Positions 36,906-44,673 of a DNA stretch of 64,000 nucleotides are shown here, piece by piece. The position numbers and the translations under genes are program-made. The notes under the pieces were generated by a model. The model did no database searches, was not told the origin of the DNA, and saw only the letters and a list, made by a program, of their open reading frames with translations. The stretch covers positions 88,907 through 152,906 of the forward strand of contig JBBRXX010000002.1 in NCBI GenBank assembly GCA_038238245.1, written 5' to 3'. Positions within the stretch are counted from its first letter, which is position 1. Every line of letters starts with the position of its first letter. This stretch comes from Acidimicrobiia bacterium (GTDB lineage: Bacteria > Actinomycetota > Acidimicrobiia > IMCC26256 > PALSA-610).

Positions 36906-37466
36906 TCATGTGAACTGCGCCTGCCGGAAGCGCCAGAAGGGATAGCTCTCGGCGAGCACCGGGAGATGTGCGTCCCAGTCCGCACCTGTGAGCGGCGCCA
37001 CCGGAAAGAGCTCGATGCGCTCGTCCCGGATCTCGAACCCCCACGCAAACCCCGTGAGCGGTTCGACCCACCGCGCGCTTCCCCGCATCACTTCTTCGAG
37101 TCTGGTCGTCGCGAGGAAGCTGTGCGCCACCCAGCACATCGGTGCACGCATCGGTCGCGACGGCGCATCGAAGAGCGTCGGCTGCGTGCCGTACCAGCAG
37201 TACGGCGACGGCGCATCGCCGAACAGCGCGAAGGGATCCATCTCGAAGGCCGCACCACCCGACGCATTGTCGGTCGAGCGCACGAGCTGGACCCAGCCGA
37301 GCATCGAGCGGTAGCCGCGGCGTGGATACTCGACGGTGGCCGTGCACACCGGGAACCCCGCGGCATGCGGCAACGTGCCGACCGCATCCGGGTCGTTGTT
37401 CACGACGCATTCGACGTGCACGCTTCCGGTCGCGCCGTCGAAGCCGAACGCGAAGTCTTCGTGCAC
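36906..37466 (-). CDS. hypothetical protein (about 186 aa)
   Basis: GTG 37466 lies 4 nt after the stop of the upstream VOC gene. No motif recognised ('FEMDPFALFGDAPSPYCWYGTQPTLFDAP'). The longer ORF to 37556 would overlap the VOC gene. Confidence 0.55.
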   Translation of the reverse strand: MHEDFAFGFDGATGSVHVECVVNNDPDAVGTLPHAAGFPVCTATVEYPRRGYRSMLGWVQLVRSTDNASGGAAFEMDPFALFGDAPSPYCWYGTQPTLFDAPSRPMRAPMCWVAHSFLATTRLEEVMRGSARWVEPLTGFAWGFEIRDERIELFPVAPLTGADWDAHLPVLAESYPFWRFRQAQFT

Positions 37467-37470
37467 CTGC

Positions 37471-37848
37471 CTACACGACGCCTTCGACGTGGGAGTCGTT
37501 GACGGTGACGACGTAGCCGTCGGGGTCGCGGAACGTGAAGCTCGCGTGGTCGGCACGCATGACCGGCGTCACCTCGATGCCGCGCCCACTCATCGCCGTG
37601 TGCAGCGCATCGATGTCGTCGGACATCAGGTCGAACGGAGCACCGCGGCCGTTCGTGCGCGCATTGGGATCGAACACGAACACCAGATGCGTCCCGCCCC
37701 GCAACTCCAGCTCGACGAGGACGTCCTCGGGACCCGGTTCCCGGAACGCGCGTAGCCCGAGCTCCCGGTAGAAGGACTGCGCGCGTCCGAGGTCGTGCGT
37801 GGCGAGCACGACATGACCGACCCACAATTGCGGTCGCTCGTCCGTCAT
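37471..37848 (-). CDS. VOC (glyoxalase) family protein, tandem paralog 2
   Basis: 'MTDERPQLWVGHVVLATHDLGRAQSFYRELGL...ELRGGTHLVFV...FTFRDPDGYVVTVNDSHV'. The ATG overlaps the stop of paralog 1 (ATGA). Confidence 0.85.
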   Translation of the reverse strand: MTDERPQLWVGHVVLATHDLGRAQSFYRELGLRAFREPGPEDVLVELELRGGTHLVFVFDPNARTNGRGAPFDLMSDDIDALHTAMSGRGIEVTPVMRADHASFTFRDPDGYVVTVNDSHVEGVV

Positions 37849-38207
37849 CAGACCGGCCCGGCCACGTGCGTGCTGTTCACCGTGACGACGTAGCCATCGG
37901 GGTCGGGCACGGTGAACGCCGAATGGATTCGGCCTCGCTCGATGTCCGAAGGCTTCAGTCCCCGCGCCGTCCACGCGGCGTGCGTCACTTCGAGGTCCTC
38001 CACCATGAGGTCGAACGGCGCAGCGCCCGGGTGCGGGGTGCCCGGTACGAGCACGAGATGCGTCCCGCCGCGGAGCTCCAGCACCGCGACGTGGTCGTTC
38101 TTCTCGACCTGGCGCATCCCGATCTCGCGCCAGAACTCGACGGAACGGCTGAGGTCGCTGACGTTCAGCACCAGGTGACCGACCCAGACTGGCGGCCGCT
38201 CATCCAC
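37848..38207 (-). CDS. VOC (glyoxalase) family protein, tandem paralog 1
   Basis: 'VDERPPVWVGHLVLNVSDLSRSVEFWREIGM...ELRGGTHLVLV...FTVPDPDGYVVTVNSTHV'. GTG 38207 sits 6 nt after CAGAAT. Confidence 0.85.
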   Translation of the reverse strand: MDERPPVWVGHLVLNVSDLSRSVEFWREIGMRQVEKNDHVAVLELRGGTHLVLVPGTPHPGAAPFDLMVEDLEVTHAAWTARGLKPSDIERGRIHSAFTVPDPDGYVVTVNSTHVAGPV

Positions 38208-38228
38208 GCGACCATTCTGGCACTCAGC

Positions 38229-39725
38229 ATGAGCTCCCGACCGAACATCCTGTTGGTGGTCTCCGATCAGGAGCGCCACCGCACGTGGCTGCCGTCCTCC
38301 GTGCGCCTGCCGTGGCGTGATCGCCTGCGGGCCGAAGGACTCGAGCTGGCCAATTACTACACGCACAGCTCACCCTGCTCGCCGTCGCGCGCGTCGCTGT
38401 TCACCGGGCAGTACATCGCGCAGCACGGTGTCGTCGACAACGTGATCTGGCCGATGCACACCGAGCTCGACCCCGCGATCCCGACCGTGGGCTCGATCCT
38501 CGGCGACGCCGGCTACCGCAGCAGCTACATCGGCAAATGGCACCTCTCACAAGCGGTGTCGCCCGACATGACGGCGTACGGCTTCATGGACTGGGAGGGC
38601 AACGACCGCCACTTCATGGGCTGGGCCGGGACGGGCGTGCACTTCGATCCGGTCATCGCGTCCAACGCCGCGGAATGGTTGCGTGCCAACGCAGTCGGCG
38701 GGAACGAGCCCTGGTTCCTCACGGTCGCGCTCGTGAACCCTCACGACGTCATGTGGTTCCCGATCGATCAGCCCCGGTATCACGATGACCCCGCGCACGC
38801 CGGCGAGGTCAAGCTCGTCAAGGATCTGCTGGAGCTGTCGCGCTGGAAGGACGACGAGGTGCTGCCGCTGTTCGACACCCCGTACGACGAGGTGTGCGAC
38901 GACCTGCCGCCGAACTTCGACGACGACCTGTTCGACAAGCCCGAGACCCAGCGGCAATGGCGATGGGACCAGCAGCACGGCATGTGGGGCTATATCGACC
39001 CGCGCGACACCAAGGCGTGGCTTCGCCACCTCGACTACTACGTCAAGCTCCACCAGATGGCCGACGACTCTCTCGGCACCGTGCTCGCCGCGCTCGAAGC
39101 GTCCGGCGCGTACGACGACACCATCGTGATCTTCACGTCCGACCACGGTGACATGTGCGGCTCGCACGGCCTGCGCAGCAAGGGACCGTTCGTGTACGAG
39201 GAGATCATGCACGTGCCGTGCTACGTGCGCGCGCCGGGAATCACCGCCGCGGGTGCGCAGTCCCACGCGCTCGCATCGCACGTGGATCTCGCGTCCACGA
39301 TCTGCGCGCTGGGTGGTGCCGACCCGTCCGCGCATCCGTCGCTGCGGGGCGTCGACCTGTCGCCGGTACTGCGCGACCCGTCGGCATCGGTGCGCGATCA
39401 CGTGCTGTTCGCGCACGACACCGCGCACACCCCGAACATCAACAACACGCGGTATGCAATCCGCGGGTTCTTCGACGGTCGCACGAAGTACGCGCGCTAC
39501 TACGGCGTCGGCGGCGGAAAGCCGTCGAGCGGCTTGTGGGGTCAGGAGCCCGGCGCGAAGCTCTACGACGTCGACGCCGCCTTCGAGGATCACGAGCACG
39601 AGTGGTACGACCTCGACGACGATCCCCACGAGATGGTCAACCTCGCCCACGACCCCGGCCGCCGCGCCGAGCTGCACGAAAACTTCGCCCGCCTCCTCGA
39701 ACACGAACGCACCGAGTTCGCCTGA
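38229..39725 (+). CDS. sulfatase (Cys-type, formylglycine-dependent), no signal peptide
   Basis: 'MSSRPNILLVVSDQ', the 'CSPSRASLFTGQ' (CxPxR) motif, 'GKWHL' and 'IFTSDHGDMCGSHG'. Confidence 0.9.
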   Translation: MSSRPNILLVVSDQERHRTWLPSSVRLPWRDRLRAEGLELANYYTHSSPCSPSRASLFTGQYIAQHGVVDNVIWPMHTELDPAIPTVGSILGDAGYRSSYIGKWHLSQAVSPDMTAYGFMDWEGNDRHFMGWAGTGVHFDPVIASNAAEWLRANAVGGNEPWFLTVALVNPHDVMWFPIDQPRYHDDPAHAGEVKLVKDLLELSRWKDDEVLPLFDTPYDEVCDDLPPNFDDDLFDKPETQRQWRWDQQHGMWGYIDPRDTKAWLRHLDYYVKLHQMADDSLGTVLAALEASGAYDDTIVIFTSDHGDMCGSHGLRSKGPFVYEEIMHVPCYVRAPGITAAGAQSHALASHVDLASTICALGGADPSAHPSLRGVDLSPVLRDPSASVRDHVLFAHDTAHTPNINNTRYAIRGFFDGRTKYARYYGVGGGKPSSGLWGQEPGAKLYDVDAAFEDHEHEWYDLDDDPHEMVNLAHDPGRRAELHENFARLLEHERTEFA

Positions 39726-39736
39726 GCCATGGAGGG

Positions 39737-39777
39737 GGGCGGGTGTGGAGCTCGGTTTCCGAGCTCCACACACGCCC
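39737..39777. terminator. strong GC-rich hairpin between the convergent sulfatase and response-regulator genes
   Basis: gtgtggagctcgg (39743-39755) pairs perfectly with ccgagctccacac (39759-39771) across a TTT loop. The stem extends by 5 more bp (39737-39741 with 39773-39777) after one mismatch. No U-tract on either side. Confidence 0.6.
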
Positions 39778-39788
39778 ATCCCGACCGG

Positions 39789-40442
39789 TCAGGACGGGGT
39801 GACGAGGCGGTGGTCGAAGGCGAAGACGATGGCCGCGGCGCGGTCGCGCACGCCGAGCTTGGCGAAGATGTGCCCAACGTGGCTCTTCACGGTGGCCTCG
39901 CTGACGTACAACGTGGCCGCGATCTCCTGGTTCGTCGCGCCCTGACCGATGCTGCGGAGCACGTCGATCTCCCGGGACGTGAGCGACGCGAGCGCGGCCG
40001 AACCGTCGGTCGGCGCGTCGGGCACCGCGCGATACACGGTCAGGACCCGGGCGGTGACGGCCGGGTCGAGCCACGCGTCACCCGCCGCGACGGCCTGCGC
40101 GGCGCGCACGAGATCCTCGCCGCGCGCGTCCTTCAGCTGAAAGCCCGACGCTCCGGCGCGCAGCGCACCCGCAAGCACCTCGTCGTCGTCGAACGTCGTG
40201 AGCACGAGAACCGGCGGTGCGTCAGGAAGGGCGCGGACCCTGCGGGTCGCCTCCACGCCGTCGACCCGCTTCATGCGGATGTCCATGACGATCAGATCCG
40301 GGCGTGCTCGTGCGACGGCATCGATCACCTCGTCACCGTCCGAACATTCGTCGACGATCTCGAATCCTTCGTCCGCGTGCAGGATGCGCCGCAAGCCTTC
40401 CCGCACGAGTTGCTGATCGTCGACGAGCAAGACGCGGATCAC
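39789..40442 (-). CDS. NarL/FixJ (LuxR-type) response regulator
   Basis: GTG 40442 overlaps the kinase stop (GTGA). Receiver domain 'IRVLLVDDQQLVREGL...PDLIVMDIRM' and C-terminal LuxR HTH 'LTSREIDVLRSIGQGATNQEIAATLYVSEATVKSHV'. Confidence 0.93.
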   Translation of the reverse strand: MIRVLLVDDQQLVREGLRRILHADEGFEIVDECSDGDEVIDAVARARPDLIVMDIRMKRVDGVEATRRVRALPDAPPVLVLTTFDDDEVLAGALRAGASGFQLKDARGEDLVRAAQAVAAGDAWLDPAVTARVLTVYRAVPDAPTDGSAALASLTSREIDVLRSIGQGATNQEIAATLYVSEATVKSHVGHIFAKLGVRDRAAAIVFAFDHRLVTPS

Positions 40443-41608
40443 GATTCGGTCACCGTGATCGGGATGCGAATCCGCACGCGCCACTCCTCGTCCTCGACCG
40501 CCGCGAAGAGAGAACCGCCGTGCGCCCGCGCCCGTTCTTGCATGCCTTGGATCCCGCGACCTTCACCCAACTTCGGAGTGCCGTTCGGCATCGGGTTCGA
40601 AACCGTGAGCATCACGACATCGCCTGATGTCCGGGCCGACACGCGCGCTGATGCGCCGGGAGCATGTCGTGCCACATTGCTCAATGATTCCTGCACGACG
40701 CGATACAGCACGAGCTCGATGGCCGGCGAAAACGGTCCTATGTCCCCGTCGACGTCCAGCTCGACCTCGACACCGGCCCGCCGGAAGTCGCCGACCAACC
40801 GCGGAATGTCGAGAAGCGTCGGGAGGGCCGGCGCGGTGCCGTCGGCCGTCGAGCCGAGCATGCCGATGACCGATCGCACCTGCCCCAAACTGTCGCGCGC
40901 GAGTTGCTCGGCTTGTTCCAATGCCGCCACTGCTTCCTCGGGATCCCGTCGCACGGCCATACGCGCACCGGTGATGTGCAATGCCGTCACGGCCAGCGAG
41001 TGGGCGATGACGTCGTGAATTTCCCGCGCGATGCGCTGCCGCTCATCGGCCGCGGCTCGGTCCGCGAGATCGGCTTGGGCGGCCTTGAGGTCGGTGACGA
41101 GTTGGTACATCGAACGGATCGCGATCGCGCCGGTGTACGCGAGCACGATCCCAAGCACCCAGATGAGCGCGCCCGAGAACCGGTCCGCGATCTCCAGACC
41201 CACCCCCACGCCGATCGACGCGAGCAGCACAACGACGCCGTCGACTTTGGTCCCGACGATGGCTGCGCGGGCAGTCACGATGACGAGCAGGAACGGCGCC
41301 CAGTCGTTGGTGACCGGCTGCCAGATGAGGATGGCCACCGCCACGACCGCCGGCAGCGACCAGACCAGCTGCGGGATGCGCCAGAGCCACGGCAAACGTG
41401 GGTGGAAGACGTCGTCGAAAGCGATCGGGAGCATCCCAAGGGCGACAACCGCGACCGTGCGGCCCAGACGCGGCTCATCCCAGCGTTGTCCGATGACTGC
41501 GATCGCGGTGACGATCGGCAGGAGCGCGGTCAGCGGGACCCAGCGCGGGAGCGTTCCCGGCTCGACAGGCACGTCTGCGAGCCTACGAGCGCGCACGCCC
41601 GGGGGCAT
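40439..41608 (-). CDS. sensor histidine kinase (HisKA_3 / NarL-partner type), membrane-embedded sensor
   Basis: About 5 N-terminal TM segments and no large extracytoplasmic loop. H-box 'RIAREIHDVIAHSLAV' and an HATPase region containing 'LYRVVQESLSNVARHA'. The exact start is uncertain. Confidence 0.9.
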   Translation of the reverse strand: MPPGVRARRLADVPVEPGTLPRWVPLTALLPIVTAIAVIGQRWDEPRLGRTVAVVALGMLPIAFDDVFHPRLPWLWRIPQLVWSLPAVVAVAILIWQPVTNDWAPFLLVIVTARAAIVGTKVDGVVVLLASIGVGVGLEIADRFSGALIWVLGIVLAYTGAIAIRSMYQLVTDLKAAQADLADRAAADERQRIAREIHDVIAHSLAVTALHITGARMAVRRDPEEAVAALEQAEQLARDSLGQVRSVIGMLGSTADGTAPALPTLLDIPRLVGDFRRAGVEVELDVDGDIGPFSPAIELVLYRVVQESLSNVARHAPGASARVSARTSGDVVMLTVSNPMPNGTPKLGEGRGIQGMQERARAHGGSLFAAVEDEEWRVRIRIPITVTES

Positions 41609-41702
41609 CCGCCCACGGTCGACAGAAAATCCCCCTCGGGGACGAGACCGTGTCGCCTACCCTCCGATGATCAGACATTCGAAGATCAATACGGTCAACA
41701 CC

Positions 41703-42023
41703 ATGAGCACCTACACCGAGCAACTCCGAGCAGTTCCCGGCTTCGCCCGATGCCGCGGCCGGCAGCTCGCCGCCCTCGCGCGATCGGCGGAGCGACTCGA
41801 CATCGGCGCCGGCGGCGTCCTCGTCAGCCCGGGCGATCGCTGGAGCGGCGTACACGTCGTCATCTCCGGAGAAGCGGTCGCCGAGACGCAGGGGTGGACG
41901 TTCGTGCTGCCCGAAGGTGCCCGCATCGAGCGCACGGCGTCGACGCCCGCGGACCTCACGGTGCGCGCCCGCACCGACGTGCGCGTCCTCGCGATCGGGC
42001 GCCGGCACCGCCTCAGGACTTGA
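41703..42023 (+). CDS. small stand-alone cyclic-nucleotide-binding-like domain protein
   Basis: 'LRAVPGFARCRGRQLAALARSAERLDIGAGGVLVSPGD...HVVISGEAV...ERTAS' follows the cNMP-binding beta-roll pattern, but the phosphate-binding cassette is degenerate. ATG 41667 is an alternative start. Confidence 0.55.
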   Translation: MSTYTEQLRAVPGFARCRGRQLAALARSAERLDIGAGGVLVSPGDRWSGVHVVISGEAVAETQGWTFVLPEGARIERTASTPADLTVRARTDVRVLAIGRRHRLRT

Positions 42024-42732
42024 GGATGTACTCGCTCAGCGTGTAGTTCCGCATCGTCGCGGGGTCGTACAGCAGCTTCGTGCTGTCGAGCATGACGCGA
42101 GCGTTCTCACCCAGCTCTTCGTTCGACGATGCGCCGAAGAACGTGTGCAGGTTCGTGAGGTGCCCGACGCTCGGCCACGCCTCCTCGACGATCGCCCGAT
42201 AGCGCGGCGCGCCGGGTGTGACCGCGCGCACGACGGCGTTGCGGACGTAGCGCGCACGCGGCTGCATCGCCTCAGACATCGGAGACTGATGGCCGTACCA
42301 GTGCCCGTAGAACGTGTCGTCGTCGATGCCGGCGGGCTTGTCGAACACCGTGAGCGTGACGATGCCCGGCGACCTCGTGCCATCCGGCCAGTCCCGCGCC
42401 GGCGCATGGGAGTTGCCGCCATAGTCGCAGTACAGCGACTCGGTCACGAGATACCCCGCGCGCCGCACGCCGGCCGATCGCAGGACGTCCTCGTACGGCA
42501 CTCGCCAGTCGTGGGCGTCGAGCCACAGCGACACGCTCGCCCGGACCGGGAGCTCGTCGCCGGGGACGGGAACCATCGTCGGGGTTTGCGCGTCCGCATC
42601 GTCGACGTCGATCTGCAACCCGCGCGGCGAGAGCGAGAGCAGCTGCGGCCCGAGGTTCTCGACGAACTGCGCCCGTAGGCCGTCCGGTGAGCGCGACGGC
42701 CGCTCCCAGAAGAGGTAGACGAGCTTCTCCAC
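42013..42732 (-). CDS. EthD-like (dimeric alpha/beta-barrel) domain protein, probably two tandem domains
   Basis: 'MEKLVYLFWERPSRSPDGLRAQFVENLGPQL' resembles the EthD N-terminus, with a second similar segment 'IVTLTVFDKPAGIDDDTFYGHWYGHQSP'. GTG start. Confidence 0.65.
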   Translation of the reverse strand: MEKLVYLFWERPSRSPDGLRAQFVENLGPQLLSLSPRGLQIDVDDADAQTPTMVPVPGDELPVRASVSLWLDAHDWRVPYEDVLRSAGVRRAGYLVTESLYCDYGGNSHAPARDWPDGTRSPGIVTLTVFDKPAGIDDDTFYGHWYGHQSPMSEAMQPRARYVRNAVVRAVTPGAPRYRAIVEEAWPSVGHLTNLHTFFGASSNEELGENARVMLDSTKLLYDPATMRNYTLSEYILKS

Positions 42733-42752
42733 GAGCAGTAACGATACGGCCC

Positions 42753-44078
42753 GTGGCGCCCTCGACCCGCTTCGCCAAGAGCGGCGACGTGCACATCGCG
42801 TATCAGGTGGTCGGCGACGGTCCGCTCGACCTCGTGCTCGCGTACGGGTACGGCTCCAACGTCGAGGCGCAATGGGAGTACCCCCGGTTTGCCGCGTTCC
42901 TCGACGAGCTCGCCGAGCTCGGCCGTCTGATCATCTTCGACAAGCGCGACACGGGCCTTTCGGATCGCACCGGGCACCCGGCGACACTCGAGCAGCGTGT
43001 CGACGACATGCGCGCCGTGCTCGACGCGGTCGACTCCGAGCGGTCGATCGTGATGGGCATGACCGGTGGTGCCGCGATCGCCGCAATGTTCGCCGCCACG
43101 GACCCGGCACGGGTCGAGGCCCTCGTGCTCTACGCCGCGATCGCGAACTTCGCGCGCTTGACGCAGTACCACGCCGTAGTCGGAGCTGTTGGCCCAAATG
43201 CCGAGTGGCTGGACGCGGTCGAACGCACGTGGGGTACCGGCATCACCGCACACCTCTACGCGCGGTCGATGCTCGACGAGCCGGGGTTCGTCGACTGGTG
43301 CGCACGTTACGAGCGATCGATCGCGAGCCCCGGGAACGCGCCGGCGATGGTCTGGATGGCGTATCAATGGGACCTCACGCGGATCCTCCCGACGATCGCC
43401 GTGCCCGCGCTCGTGCTCTGGCGTCGTGACTACTACGGCACCGACGACGCATACCGCGAGGTCGCCGAGCTGATTCCCGGCGCGCGTGGGGTCTGCCTGC
43501 CGGGTGATGATCACTGGCCGTGGGTCGGCGACTCTGCGACGCTTCTTGGCGAAGTACGGCGTTTCCTCGCGACGCGTACGAGCAGCGCGACGCCGTCCGG
43601 GCAGCTCGCGGCGGTGCTGTTCACCGACATCGTCGACTCGACCGCGCAGGCGTCGCGGCTCGGTGACAAGCGCTGGCGGGCACTGCTCGATCGCCACGAT
43701 CTGGTGGCGCGAACGAACATCGAGCGCTTCCGCGGCACGTTTGTGAAGCACACGGGCGACGGGATCCTCGCTACCTTCGACGGACCGACGCGCGCGGTCC
43801 GGTGCGCGCTCGCACTCGTCGATGCCGAGCGCGAGCTCGGCATCGAGATCCGGGCCGGAGTTCACGTCGGTGAGATCGAGGCGCGGGACGGTGACGTCGG
43901 CGGCATCGCCGTGCACATCGCGAGCCGGGTGTGCGACAAGGCGCCGCGCGGCGAGGTGTATGTCAGCCGCACGGTGCGTGACCTGATCGCGGGCTCGGGG
44001 CTCCGGATGCACATACGCGGCATGCACCAGCTGAAAGGCGTGCCCGAGGAGTGGTCGCTGTTCGCGGCGACGACATAG
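42753..44078 (+). CDS. class III adenylate/guanylate cyclase with N-terminal alpha/beta-hydrolase domain
   Basis: N-terminal 'FAKSGDVHIAYQVVGDGPLDLVLAYGY...IIFDKRDTGLSD'. Cyclase domain 'LAAVLFTDIVDSTAQASRLGDKRW...FVKHTGDGILATFDGPTRAVRCA...IRAGVHVGEIE'. GTG 42753 is preferred over ORF start 42687, which would overlap the divergent gene. Confidence 0.9.
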   Translation: MAPSTRFAKSGDVHIAYQVVGDGPLDLVLAYGYGSNVEAQWEYPRFAAFLDELAELGRLIIFDKRDTGLSDRTGHPATLEQRVDDMRAVLDAVDSERSIVMGMTGGAAIAAMFAATDPARVEALVLYAAIANFARLTQYHAVVGAVGPNAEWLDAVERTWGTGITAHLYARSMLDEPGFVDWCARYERSIASPGNAPAMVWMAYQWDLTRILPTIAVPALVLWRRDYYGTDDAYREVAELIPGARGVCLPGDDHWPWVGDSATLLGEVRRFLATRTSSATPSGQLAAVLFTDIVDSTAQASRLGDKRWRALLDRHDLVARTNIERFRGTFVKHTGDGILATFDGPTRAVRCALALVDAERELGIEIRAGVHVGEIEARDGDVGGIAVHIASRVCDKAPRGEVYVSRTVRDLIAGSGLRMHIRGMHQLKGVPEEWSLFAATT

Positions 44079-44103
44079 GGTCCGTCCACCGAAGGGGGAT
44101 CTC

Positions 44104-44673
44104 ATGACCACCGAGACACTTGAACGCGCATTTGCCAGCACCCGGCAGGTGTTATCCAACGTGAAGGACGATCAACTGTCGGATCCGAGTCCGTGCGAGT
44201 CGTGGACCGTGGGCGACGTGATCAACCACGTCATCGGCGGCAGCTTCTGGTTCGCGGCGTCGGTGAACGACGGCAAGGCTCCGCCGACTCCCGGCACCGA
44301 CTTCACCGGCGGCGACAGGGTCGCGACGTACGACGACGGCATCAAGCAGGCCGTCGCCGCGTTCGGCGCCCCGGGGGCAATGGAGAAGATGGTCGAGTTG
44401 CCGTTCGGCACGCTTCCCGGCGCCTTCTTCATCCAGATCGCGACGACCGACGCGTTCGCGCACGGCTGGGACCTTGCCAAGGCCACGGGACAGTCGACCG
44501 ATCTCGATCCCGAGGTCGCGACGCAGCTGCTCGAAGGCGCGCGCGCGTTCATCCAGCCCGCGTTCCGCGGCGAGGACACCAAGTCACCCTTCGGGCTGGA
44601 ACAGCAGCCGCCCGCCAACGCGACCGCTGCCGACAAGCTGGCCGCGTTCCTCGGCCGAATCTGCGAGAGCTAA
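44104..44673 (+). CDS. TIGR03086-type DinB-fold (mycothiol-maleylpyruvate-isomerase N-terminal-like) protein
   Basis: 'SPCESWTVGDVINHVIGGSFWFA', 'DAFAHGWDLAKATG' and the C-terminal 'ATAADKLAAFLGR' are typical of this actinobacterial family. Confidence 0.8.
   Translation: MTTETLERAFASTRQVLSNVKDDQLSDPSPCESWTVGDVINHVIGGSFWFAASVNDGKAPPTPGTDFTGGDRVATYDDGIKQAVAAFGAPGAMEKMVELPFGTLPGAFFIQIATTDAFAHGWDLAKATGQSTDLDPEVATQLLEGARAFIQPAFRGEDTKSPFGLEQQPPANATAADKLAAFLGRICES

Noticed and set aside
36886-36909. A 7-bp hairpin (atgaccg...cggtcat) between convergent genes as a terminator
   Set aside because: The stem is short, consists largely of the two stop-codon regions, and has no U-tract. It is much weaker than the 18-bp hairpin at 39737-39777 and is not convincing by itself.
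38547-39779. 410-aa minus-strand ORF; similar long ORFs occur at 42444-44159(-), 46026-47528(+), 52572-54737(-), 54738-56429(-), 58042-59622(-), 18672-20189(-) and 21598-23349(-)
   Set aside because: Each is antisense or out of frame to a gene with clear family motifs (sulfatase, cyclase, D-aminoacylase, zwf/GMC, gnd, GH15, MATE, citrate synthase). Each encodes Arg/Pro/Gly-rich sequence without motifs.
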